DNA from: Mobula hypostoma
Taxonomy: Eukaryota
NCBI RefSeq assembly: GCF_963921235.1
Contig: NC_086124.1
Location: 23,994,001-24,058,000, forward strand
DNA: 64,000 nt
Direction of reading: 5' to 3'
A program made the position numbers and the translations under genes. The notes beneath the pieces were generated by a model. The model saw only the letters and a program-made list of their open reading frames with translations. It was not told the origin of the DNA and did not search any database. Below, in pieces: positions 1 to 10,414 of this stretch; within the stretch, counting starts at the first letter, position 1; every line of letters starts with the position of its first letter.

Positions 1-404
1 TTTACCATCTATCGACCTCTGGGATATGGGCCCTGCGCACTACTGAGTATGTTTGAAGCAGAGATCGATAGGTTCTTGATTGGAAAGAACATCAAAGGTT
101 ACGGGGAGAAGTCAGGAGACTGGGCTTCAGCGAGACAATGAATCTGTCACGATGGAATCCCAGAGTAGACTTGATGAGCCAAATGGCCCAATTCTGCTCT
201 TAGGGCTTATGGTTTTATGGTATCTAAGCTGTCTGACTTGATTCTCACAATTGACAGCAGAGAGGATGAGAGAGGTCTTGAGCAGTTGGAACTTGCTTCT
301 GGACAGAAACGGGCCACGATGGATTCTGTGTCAAGTTGACATCAGTGAGAATACGGTGCTGTTGAAGGGGTCAGGCGACATTTCTCCAACTTGCCCGTTG
401 TTAC

Positions 405-674
405 CTAGAGGTATCATGAGCTTCCCACTGACAGCCTCGTGTTCCATCTGACAGACGTACCCCTGGCTGTCTCCATCCAGGGGACGGACACTCCTAACTT
501 GAAAGGTTCCATTGCTTTGAGGGACAACGTTGGTCGTGTCTGATCCATTGTCAGCTACTTCCCCGTTTCTGAACCAGTGCACTTTAATGTCCCGGGGGAA
601 GAAGTTCTTGGTCGTGCACACCAGATATATTTAACCCCGTTTCTTCTGTGTCAAGGCTCTGGTGTGGGTAGGAG
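405..674 (-). pseudogene. MHC-like Ig C1 exon (class I alpha3 / W-category WB beta2 type), copy A, in-frame stop
   Basis: 270-nt phase-1/phase-1 exon between acceptor ttccttcacAG and donor GTaaca. It reads xPTHTRALTQKKRG*IYLVCTTKNFFPRDIKVHWFRNGEVADNGSDTTNVVPQSNGTFQVRSVRPLDGDSQGYVCQMEHEAVSGKLMIPL. C1-set hallmarks are C..FxP..W, GTFQ and YxCxxxH. TAA at 633-631. Confidence 0.85.
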
Positions 675-839
675 CTGTGAAGGAATTGGAGAACAGTGTA
701 TGGGTTCAAAGTAGCTTAGCTCTCTTGTGACTGGACGGTATGGACAGAACTTCACCCTGTGTCTGAACCCGCGAGTATGTGATAGCACAGTGTACAGGGG
801 GCTTCACTCTGTGTCTGACTCCAGGAGTGGCAGATTGTG

Positions 840-1145
840 AGATCAAGAGTCCATTTTATCATACGACAGAACCACTTAATACTTTTATAACAGCGGGGAG
901 AAGCTGTCCTTAAGCCTGGTGGGATGTCCTTTCATGCTTTTGTATCTTCTGCCCGATAGGAGAGGGGAGAAGTGAGAATCTCTAGGGGTGGGTGGGATCT
1001 CTCATCATTCTGGCTGCTGTACTCAGGCAGCGAGATGTCTATTGAGGGGACGCTGGTTTCCGTGATGTGCTGAGATGTGTCCATGGCTCTCCGCTGTCTC
1101 TTGTGGTCACGGGCAGAGCAGTTGCCGCACTGAGCGTCGATGGAT
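840..1145 (-). mobile_element. 3' fragment of a Rex1/L2-like LINE
   Basis: Reverse complement resembles the 3' region of the elements at 20300-20510, 45800-46110 and 61130-61420. Boundaries approximate. Confidence 0.55.
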
Positions 1146-1319
1146 CTGGAGAGCGAGCAGAGGGCACGTTCTAACCAGCTGATCCGCTATACTGCCGGGA
1201 ACTCTGCACCTCTGGCCCGTACCACTGAACGGACCGAGCGTGGGCGACACCTCACACATACACAGACAAGCAAATATTAAACTCCACCCCTCATAGCCGC
1301 CAAGATCTTATATAAGACA

Positions 1320-1560
1320 ATAGGATATAGGACCAGAATCCAACCACTCAGTCGATCGAGTCTGCTCTGCTGTTCCACAATGGCTGATTTATTATCCCTC
1401 TCAACCTCACTCTGCAGTTTTCTCCCAACTTTGTCTTTGCTAATCAAGAGCCGGTCAACCTCCACTTTAAATCTCCCCAATGACTTGGCCTCCACAGCGT
1501 TTTTGGCAATAAATTCCACTCACTGGCTAAAGAAATTCCTCCTCGCCTCTGTTCTAAACA
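1320..1560 (-). mobile_element. CR1-type LINE 3' fragment
   Basis: ORF 1277-1519 (AVEAKSLGRFKVEVDRLL...) is the CR1 ORF2 C-terminal tail seen in many copies across the window. Confidence 0.8.
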
Positions 1561-2244
1561 TCTAACAGCTTGTGGGAGCTTGTCCACATTACCACACTCG
1601 GTTGTAAGAATCTTAAGTGACTTTATGTGTTTTCCATCTTGGTCCCAGAGGAACGATTTTTCATTTAGCTGTATATAGGTGTATGGCTGAAAGACAGTAA
1701 ACTGGAAATAGATCAAATAGAATGATGGCCTCTATTGTGAGGGACTTGGCATATGGAAGCACAGATGAATGTTTATAACGATGTTGGTAAGACCATGCCT
1801 GGTGTACTGTGTACAGTTCTGATCTTGGTCCTTAATGCAGAATACCTTTTCAGGGTGAGGTCTGGAGATGAAGGGATTGATATATAAGGGAAGGTATGAA
1901 CAGTTAGGGTCTACACTTGAGAGAGAGAGAGAAAGACATCAAGGTTGTGCGGACTGTCATCTGTGTAGGTGCAATGAAAGCCATAGAACATATAACACAG
2001 CACAGGCCATTTGGCCCACAACCTTTTAACTTCTTCCACGAGCAGCTGTGCAGGCCAAGTCACTGGGTACATTTAAGGCAGCGATAGATCGGTTCCTGTT
2101 TAGCCAGGGCATCAAAGGGTATGGGGAGAAGGCAGGGAAGTGGGGATGACTGGTAGAATTGCATCAGCCTATGATGGAATAGCAGAGCAGACCTGATGGG
2201 CTGAATGGCCTACTTCTGTTCCTATACCTTATGGTCTTATGGTC

Positions 2245-2360
2245 ACGGGGAGAACAATCGAAGTCAGACATCAAACATACAGACATCAGGGGAAATCGAA
2301 CCCCGATCAATAATCACAGGCACTATAGAGCAATTGTGCTATCTGCTACGATAACGTGCA
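2245..2360 (-). mobile_element. tRNA-derived SINE head (V-SINE/HE1-like) fragment
   Basis: Reverse complement has a B-box-like ggttcgatttcccc, related to the SINE at 52825-53090. Paralogous copy at ~26680-26795. Confidence 0.55.
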
Positions 2361-2479
2361 GTCCATGATTATGTTAATTAGACAGTTTAGATTAACCTTT
2401 GTTTGTAATGTACCCTTCTGCTGCTGAAAAAGATTGATTTTGATGGTATTTATACTGATTGAGGCCCTCTGTTGGTCCA

Positions 2480-2995
2480 GGTTGACCACCGTGTCCCAGC
2501 TGTCTACATGATACGCAAGATGGTACACAACACAGAGCCGTTGCGCACACAACAGGCTCCCCCCTCTCCATGCTGCTGAGAAAGCCAAAGGAATGCCAGA
2601 GCCCCATACAGTTTGAAACAAGCAGCATCGCAGTCGTTGCTGGTCAGTGTTGAACTCAACGTTCGACTGCCTTACCTGGCTCTGGATTTTTCCCTCGGGG
2701 TTTACTCCCAAAGCCTTCACCATGGAAGGCAGCGGAGGTCTGAGATCAGACTTTTCCTTCTCTTCGATGGGATGCTGACCACAGCTGATGAGCCCCACCT
2801 GCCTGAAGCGGTTGGTTTTAAGGGACCAATAACCCACCTTTGCCCCTTCCCCTGTTAGTAGAAATGGTTCTGCTGGGCTTAATAGCTAAGCCACATGTGA
2901 AGTTCCAGGAGCTGGACTTTGATGTCAGAGGCTATTTCAGCTGTGCACCATTGGGAGCTCATTCCAACTACCTTCCCAGGCTTTAACAACCTTAC
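2480..2995 (+). mobile_element. Dispersed ~500-bp non-coding repeat (possibly RTE-related)
   Basis: Same family at ~24280-24800, ~26940-27390, ~33950-34270 and ~48070-48420. Family assignment is inference; orientation uncertain. Confidence 0.6.
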
Positions 2996-3216
2996 GGAAT
3001 TTGTATTTATAAGCTGTGCATCTGTTCCCATGATAATAAACTTGAACAAGAGAGAATGAACAGCAGAGGGGGCTATAGGGCAATGCTTACTGCAGACATC
3101 TGTCAGGAATGGCAGATGAAGTTCAATTCAGATAAATGCAAGGTGTTATATTTTCATGGATCAAACCAGGACAGGGCATACACAGTGAACAGGCAAGTCA
3201 TGGTGAGTGTTGCAGA

Positions 3217-3690
3217 CACTGTTCCTCTCACCTGTATGGGTGTGCGACCATGCAGCAACTGAAATGCTGCCGCGCACATAGCCGTTGCTACTGCGCAGCT
3301 GAAATTCTCTTTTATATAATGTTAATATAATTTTGAAATGATGCCAATATAATTTTGGAATCTATGTTAACATAATTGAGAAATATCCTGTAATTAATTA
3401 TGTTAATGAATATAGTTTATTAGTTTTCTAAATAGTAATCATACCACAAACTTTGAAACATTTTAGAGTTTCAATGCATTTACGCTCTCAATGTTACAAG
3501 TTACAACACTGTTACAAATTGTAACAATGAACACAGAATGGAAGTCGGCAGCTCATTGTTAATAGACTGCCGGCCTGCTGAAAGTTGATGCTGTCATATT
3601 CATATTAAAAAAAAAAACATTTACAGTGCCAGGTACTTTTCAGAGCAGTGGTTAGTCCACACAAGGTAAAAATAATTAGAGGGAAGTTCG
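3217..3690. mobile_element. AT-rich MITE-like element with degenerate terminal inverted repeats
   Basis: Starts ctgttcctctca and ends ttagagggaa (inverted gttccctctaa-like ends) around an AT-rich interior. Paralog at ~27672-28165. Confidence 0.5.
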
Positions 3691-4285
3691 GTTGTAGAAC
3701 AGAGAGACCGGGGTGTGTTGGTACATAAAACCTTAAAGTGGCGACACGGACAGGGAGGTAAAGAAGGTGTTTGTACACTTGCCGTCATCTAAAGGGCACT
3801 GAATACAGGATTTGGGATGTCACGTTGTAACTGTACAAAGACTTGAAAGACAAAGTAACAAAGTGCGTATACTGTAGTGGGCTGGGTTGATCAGACCGAA
3901 ACTAATCGAGTGTCCGGCAAATGAAATAAGTAAACAGGCCCGACAAAGGAACTTAAGCCCAATTTGTTATCACAAAAATAGAAAGGCACACAAAATACTC
4001 CGTACCAAGTCACAAAGATTCCAGTGCTCACAATTCTTCGTGACCAATTGATAGTTATTGGGAGAACTGCGAACTCCAACTCGCTCGTGAAACCATCCTG
4101 GGTCGTAGGCATCGATCGCGGTTTCCAGTCTAAAGAATCCAGGGAAAATTGTTCCAGTAAATAGGAGATCCACAAAAGTAGAGAGAGACACGCAGAGACA
4201 GACAGATGCCTTGATCTTTTGCCCTCCTGCCATTAACGCAGCCTGGTTTCCTTCATTCATTAACACAGTGTTCAGCATACCCTTA

Positions 4286-4400
4286 ACATAGAACATAGAA
4301 CACAGAATAGTACAACACAATACAGGCCCTTCGGCCCACAATGTTGTGCCGACTCTGAAACACTGCCTCCTATATAAGCCCCCACCTTAAATTCCTCCAT
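4286..4400 (-). mobile_element. Short CR1 3'-end insertion with 9-bp TSD
   Basis: Flanked by ataccctta at 4277-4285 and 4401-4409, with a (ctatgtt)n-type tail. Absent from the paralogous site at ~28755. Confidence 0.8.
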
Positions 4401-7400
4401 ATACCCTTACTAATAAGTTGGACACTGTAATGGTCAGTCTTTATCCTTCAATCCACCAAAAGTTTAGGACTTAACGTTCCTTGAAATTACAGACGATTAG
4501 TGTATCGTAAATGGCCTGCCTCTTCCCACTTTAAATACCCTGCCCTAAATACCCTATAAACCTTTACGTGCCTGAATACTTCTAAATGCCTAACTGCCCT
4601 GCTTTTCATATCATCATCATCATGATCATCATCATCAGTCCGATGAGCCCTGAGCCCTGAGCCTAGACTCTCGTTTTGTGGCCACTGTCCACGGCTGTCT
4701 GCGTAACTGAGCCAGTTCCTCCAGCCAAGATAGCGCCGAGCTTCAGTCTCTATCGAGGTCGTGGCTCAGACTGAAGCTGATTTTTTAGGTTCGTATCAAT
4801 GTTTCTGGTGACAGAGGGAGGATTTACTGGTCAGGTTAGGATTTAGCGACTGGAATGTGGGGCAATTCGAGGTCAGGCCAGATCTAGGGCTTTACTCCAC
4901 GAGCGAAGGCCACCGATGACGTGAATGAAGGATTTTCATGGATGGGTGTCCAGTTGGCAAACATGTTGGACAAAGACTAGCTGGTTATCATCCACATCCT
5001 GGGTCAGTCAGTTCGCTATATAAGCAGTGGGATTGGAGGTCGAGGAGGGCAGGATGGATGAGGGCTGGTGACCCCTTAGGTACTCCAGTTGGCGTGTCTG
5101 GAGTTCGGGTCTAATGCCATCGATGAGGCCGTAGTTCGAGGACTGGAGTACAGGGTCCCATCGTCATTCTGTCCTGTGGTCAAGTACTGAAGGTCGATCG
5201 CGAGTCTGGAAATTGAGACCCGATGGCCTCCGACACTGGGTCTCCAACAGCCCCAGCCAGCCGGCCTTTCCTGGGTTTGGAGGACGGTCTGTGTGAGCAC
5301 GCGTGCGTGGCGGGTCAGCGGGTGAGTGGGAGGTACAAGGTTTCTTTTGCTGTTGTTTGCTGAATGTGGTGGGCAAGTACGTCGGCGTCAGAATGTGTGG
5401 CAAGACTGGCGGGCTGCACCCAACACAGCCTGTTGGTTGTTTCGATACACACACACGATATATCAATCAGTCTGAATCTGGGGCCGTGGGACCCACTTCT
5501 GGAGTGAGCTGAGATTAAGATCTCAGAAGCCACTCTTGGAGTCTTCGGGAATTGCTACGCTGTGGGAGAGGGTAGCGATGATGTGAAGGCGCAGCGAGGG
5601 AAGGGCACTGCCGACGGGGATGGGGAATGGTACCGAGGGATTGCGGCACTCTGAGAAGGGCGGGGATATGTGGCACTGCTGAGCTCTGTCAGGAACGCCA
5701 CTCTGATGCAATCTTCTAGAGTAGACGCTGCAGGTTCACATCAGCAAGTCACGTCACAGTTGTATAAAACTTTGGAAGGGGTGCACTTGGTTTAACTGTG
5801 TGCAGTTCAGGCCATCCCATTACAGGAAAGATGCGGAGGAGTGGAGGTTACAGAGAAAATAGAACACATCACAGCACAGAACAGGCCGTGCGGCCCACAA
5901 TGTAATTTGGAAGGTTCGGGGGAGGAATCTCATTGAAACCTTTCAAATGTTGAAAGGGCAAGACAGAGTAGATGTGGGAAGGATGTTTCCCATGGTTGGG
6001 GAAGTCTAAGACAAGAGGGCACAGCCTCAGCATAGAGGGGCGTCCATTTAAATCAGTGATGTGGAGAAATTTCTTCAGCCAGAGTCTGGAGAATTTGTCG
6101 AATCTGTCAGCTGTTGAGGCTAGGTCGTTCGGAGCATTTAAGGAAGAGCTTGATAGGTTCTTTACTGGACACGGCATCAAAGGTTACGGGGAGTGGGGCT
6201 GTGGGGTGGGGGTGGATCAGCCATGATTGAGTGGCAGACCAGATTTGATGGGCCAAATAGCCTAATTCTTCCCCCATGGGTTAGGATGTTATGTTATGTC
6301 CAGCTATTTTCCTATTCTAAGATTAATCCAACCCTCCCGTCCCACATAACCCTCCATTGTTCTATCGTCCATTTCCTTGTCCAAGAGTTTCTTAAATGTC
6401 CCCAAAGCATGTCTGTCCACTACCACCCCGCTGATGCGTTCCGCGCACCCACCACTCTCTGTGTGAAAAACCAACCTCTGACATCCCCTCTATACTTTCC
6501 TCTAATCTACTTAAAATTATACCCCATCATATTAGCCATTTCCGCCCTGAGAAAAAGCCTCTGGGTGTCCACTCTATCGATGCATCTTATTGTCTTGCAC
6601 AGCTCTATCAGGTCACCTCTCATTCAATATGACATGGTCTGCCAGCATGGGCAACGACCTCATCTCTCTGGCTGTGAAACTGCAGAGGACCCTGCCACCA
6701 CCGGAGTCTCATCACAACGACAACAGCTGTTTACAGTTTACTGTTTACCATTTACCTCTGTTGAGCGCTACACCGACATTGAATTATACTCATAAACTTA
6801 CCTGTGGCAATATTTTGTGTCATGCGCTGTGTATCATGTATATTTTGTATGTTTCCGTGGTCCCGGGGAGCAATGCTTCGTTTGATCGTATGTATGTACC
6901 GCCAGATGATAACAAATGTGAACTTGAGAAGGAGAAAGGATAAGTGACGCGTAGAAGTTAAATATATCATGCACTGCGTGATTGTTGACCGGAAATCGTT
7001 GTCATACAGATTCATAGATGGCGATTTAAGGGAACATCTGAAAATATATGGACGGACACAAACGCAAGCGGAGGCTGGGGTGACAAGTGTATTTACCTAT
7101 GATAGGATTGTGTTGAAAACTTGGCAGATGAAGGTTAATCCGGAATCACTGGCCTGCTACACACTGTGCGTGGGGTGAGGTTAAATGCAATCATAAAATA
7201 CTTATTGAATGGACTGGATGTTTAGAAGCTTTAATGAACAGTCGGAACTTTGGCTGGACCTCCATGTCTTTCTGAATGTAACATGGCACGGAGAGAAATT
7301 GGTAAAGAAGGAGTAAGCATCCTTCTGTTAAATGGTCGTATTTTTAGTAATGTTCAGGAAGTCATGCAGCAACTGCGTGAATAATCGAATGTGGATATCT

Positions 7401-8391
7401 CCGACTTCCAGTTCATTTTCCCCCTCTATTTTCCATTACTTTAATTCTCCACTCTGCCACCACTTATTTCCTTTCTCTTCTCCACTGCGCATTTCATCCG
7501 CTTACTGCCCCTTCCCTCTCTTCTGTGATCCACTTGCTTTTCCGATCTGATTCCTTCTTCTGCTATTTTTCTTCCACTTATCACCACCTAACATTGCTTC
7601 ACACCCCTCTCGTATTCATTACTTTAACTGCCACTTTCTAGTCTGTACACATTCCCCTCCGTGCACCTTATTACACTGATTTCTTTACTCTTCCTTTCCA
7701 GTTTCGATGAAGGGTTCTGGAAAACTCGACTGTTTATTCATTCATATAGATCCTGCCTGAGCTAATAAGCCCCCCCAGGATTTTGTATGCGTTGCTGAGA
7801 ATGCTTAGTATCTGCAAAATCTCTTGGCTGCAGAAATAATTGTTTTGGCACATTTGCCCGTCGTTCATTTGGGCTTCGAAGCATCACTTAGACAGAGTAT
7901 TGATTAAGCAGAGATTGACCACGGAGACGCACATGAGGAGTTTAAATTAGCGTTATTGTTGGCACCCCAACCATGTGCCGAACGGTCTATTCCTGTGCTG
8001 CACTGATCTGTGTTCATCATTTTCAGCCACGTATTTATAAAATTGAGTTAAGTTCGGATTCTTTTGTTCGATTACTGGGCCAGACAGCCCTGTTTCCCAT
8101 AGTTCTTGAGAGACAAACATAATGATAGAATGCGGCACACAACTGCTAATATTTATTCCGCGACATAGAAGCTAGTCCTTTTTACAGGAGCGGGAAGTTG
8201 AGGGAGGAAGTTTCATTTTAAGAGTATCTTATTTTTCTTATTTACCGATACAGCAGGGTAGCACGAGTTTCCACCAGAACCTTCACGTCTATGCAATGTG
8301 CATGCAACAGAGGCATCTGGAGTAAACCACCGCCGTCGCCGATAGATCGTAGAAAATTCATAGAGACGGTTTTGGGGACTGAAACCGCGCC

Positions 8392-9362
8392 TTAGGCGCT
8401 GTGAAGCATTGTGCGAACCACTACGCGACGTTTAACTGCTGGACTTAGTTTCCGATTAGCTTGTCTCACCAGGCGAGAGAATGGAGATTTCAACACCTCC
8501 CGCATCTGCTCCCTGAACTTCTTCTGGGTCAAGGCGTAAAGAGCCGTGTTTGTGCAGCAGCTCAGCAGCTGCAGCATGTAGCCCAGCTCCCTCATGGTCG
8601 AAGGTGGGAACGAGGCATACATCAGATATGATGAACGAAAAAAATATGATCGTATCCACACAGTGTGCACAACAAAAACCACCCACAACACGATGAAATT
8701 CGCCGACACGACCAACAGTAAAATGAGTGACTTCCTCCGGCTTTGCATCTCCGGGTCTTTGGAGCTATCCCCATTGCTGTGATTCCGGAGTCTCCTCCGA
8801 GATCTGCTCGCCACTACCACGTGTCTGATGGTCAAAGCATTGAGCAGCAGAATAACCACAAACGGGATCACAGGCGTCAGAAAGAAGCTGCAAGACTCGA
8901 CTACTGTCCAGGCAACTGAGAACAGAACACCGTCTCTTCCGCGGCAAAACCAAGGGACGTTATTAAACTGGTAGTGTCCTGAGAGCAAAAAATACCAGAA
9001 AATGTTCTTTAAACAGCTCAGGGCGGACACAGTCCACAGAACAACAGCCGCAGTTCTCTCGGTGCAGTATTTAGCTTTCAGATTCTGGTAGCGAATAGCC
9101 ACAAATCGGTCGAAGGTGAACATGACGGTGAACCAGACGGAGCAGTCGTTAGCTGTGTAACGTAGGACGGCGTGGATATTACACACGGGGATGTTCATCA
9201 GGAATATAAACGCTTTCCAAAAAACAATAGGAATCTGCCTCAATACCAGGTCGAAGACAACAACGAGAAGATCCGCCATTGCCATGGCCATCAAGTAACG
9301 ATCGACGCCTTTCGAAAGACCGCACTTTCCCTGGGACAGGACCACAACCGTCAACAAGTTCA
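8392..9362 (-). CDS. GPR139-like class A orphan GPCR, exon 2 (TM1 end to C-terminus)
   Basis: Acceptor ttctttcaatcccaatAG at 9364-9363, open to TAA at 8394-8392. Motifs: NLLTVVVLSQGKCGLSK..RYLMAMAMADLLV, CSVWFTVMFTFDRFVAI, YCTERTA, DPEMQSRRKS, LLSCCTNTALYALTQKKFREQ. These match GPR139/GPR142-family receptors. Not necessarily the GPR139 ortholog. Confidence 0.93.
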
Positions 9363-10233
9363 CTATTGGGATTGAAAGAAACACAAGCATGTTTGTGGCC
9401 AGGAATAATGTCAGCACAGTCACAGACAGGAAATATGGAAACATGTTTTTGAACCCAGAATAGAAGACTGCAGTTTTCCAGCATCAGCGATGTCTGCTGG
9501 TGACGAGGATTATAGCTCAGTGAAGTCGACAAAGAACTGGAAAATAACGTCACCACGCCAAACAACGAACAGCTGAGAAAATGTGTTCTCGGATTTCGGT
9601 AAAGATGAATTTCAAATAGGGCTCGAAATTGGTCATTAAATTGGATTGCTTTACTGTTACGGAAGTGGTCTCACAAGGGTACAGGGAAACACGCGTCTCC
9701 ACAATGTGCATACAGATCAATTCTTTACTCAGTGCTTTGAGGCGTGACGTAATATCAGTTCAGGCTCTCCGGCTTCTTCTGCTGGTCTTTTAAATTTATA
9801 CAATATTTCGGAAGCCATCCATTTTAAACTGCAGTCCAAATTGAGAGTTCGGTATCTAAAGCTGCAAGGGACGCTTACTCAGTTGAAAATTTTAAACGCC
9901 AGCACTATTTTGTCTGCTCTTTTCATGTTATTTCTGTTTGTATTATAAAAGCACATTAAAACTTCGTCTATTTGGAAAGTGCTCTAATTATTATTATTAT
10001 TATTTTTATTGTTGCTCTTTTTGTTGTTGTGATTGTTGTTGTTTAAAGAAAAAAGAACGGGGAGATAAATGTTATTGACCGAATATGTCAATATATTACA
10101 GGTTCATCATCAAAAGTTCAGTCAGTGAGGAGATGGACTGCATTAACGGGAAAATGTCATTAAAATCCTACCTATCAAATCTCTTTACAGGAAGCCGTGA
10201 TCACTGCTTCTCCTTCTCTGGTCAGCAACTTAC

Positions 10234-10414
10234 CGGGAAATGCAACCAAAGCGAGAACGGGATAGTAGATGGGCTGAATTGTCCGGAGTAAATACCAGAT
10301 CCGTCTGTCTGCTGGTATCCAAGGGTTATTCGAAAAAATATAGGGAGCCAGACTGAAGACACCCTTCCCTGTCCCTGCGACATTCCATAGTCCTATTTCT
10401 CGTTCCTGAGCCAT
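10234..10414 (-). CDS. GPR139-like GPCR, exon 1 (N-terminus and start of TM1)
   Basis: ATG at 10414, ...IQPIYYPVLALVAFP followed by G|GTAAGT donor. 181 nt, phase 1, joining exon 2 as G|TG (Val). Total 1152 nt = 383 aa plus stop. IYYPxLxxxxxP is the family TM1 start. Confidence 0.88.

Larger units (their letters stand above)
1..6620 (+). repeat. Segmental duplication, copy A (paralogous to 21111-30915)
   Basis: Position 1 onward matches 21111 onward nearly base for base (tttaccatctatcgacctctgggatat...). Collinear blocks by eye: 1-1560 with 21111-22680, ~1561-2040 with ~24740-25215, ~2040-6620 with ~26470-30915. Copy A probably extends left of the window. Confidence 0.95.

Noticed and set aside
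3900-4150. Minus-strand frames with YQLVTKNCEHW (LRAT/NlpC-like NCEHF) and a possible exon after ttctttAG (DWKPRSMPTT...)
   Set aside because: The paralogous copy at ~28370-28612 has stops in all three frames, no other LRAT motifs are present, and there is no convincing donor; probably a repeat remnant.
4640-5530. ORFs 5076-5533 and paralogs 29271-30050 as a host gene
   Set aside because: Related sequence occurs at ~46500-46900 and ~61720-62000, and the reading frames are not conserved between the duplicated copies: dispersed repeat.
9363-9444. N-terminal 27 codons (MFPYFLSVTVLTLFLATNMLVFLSIPI) of the 350-aa ORF as the GPCR start or signal peptide
   Set aside because: It is the polypyrimidine tract and acceptor of the intron; the family-typical TM1 start (IYYPVLALVAFP) is in the upstream exon with a matching phase.
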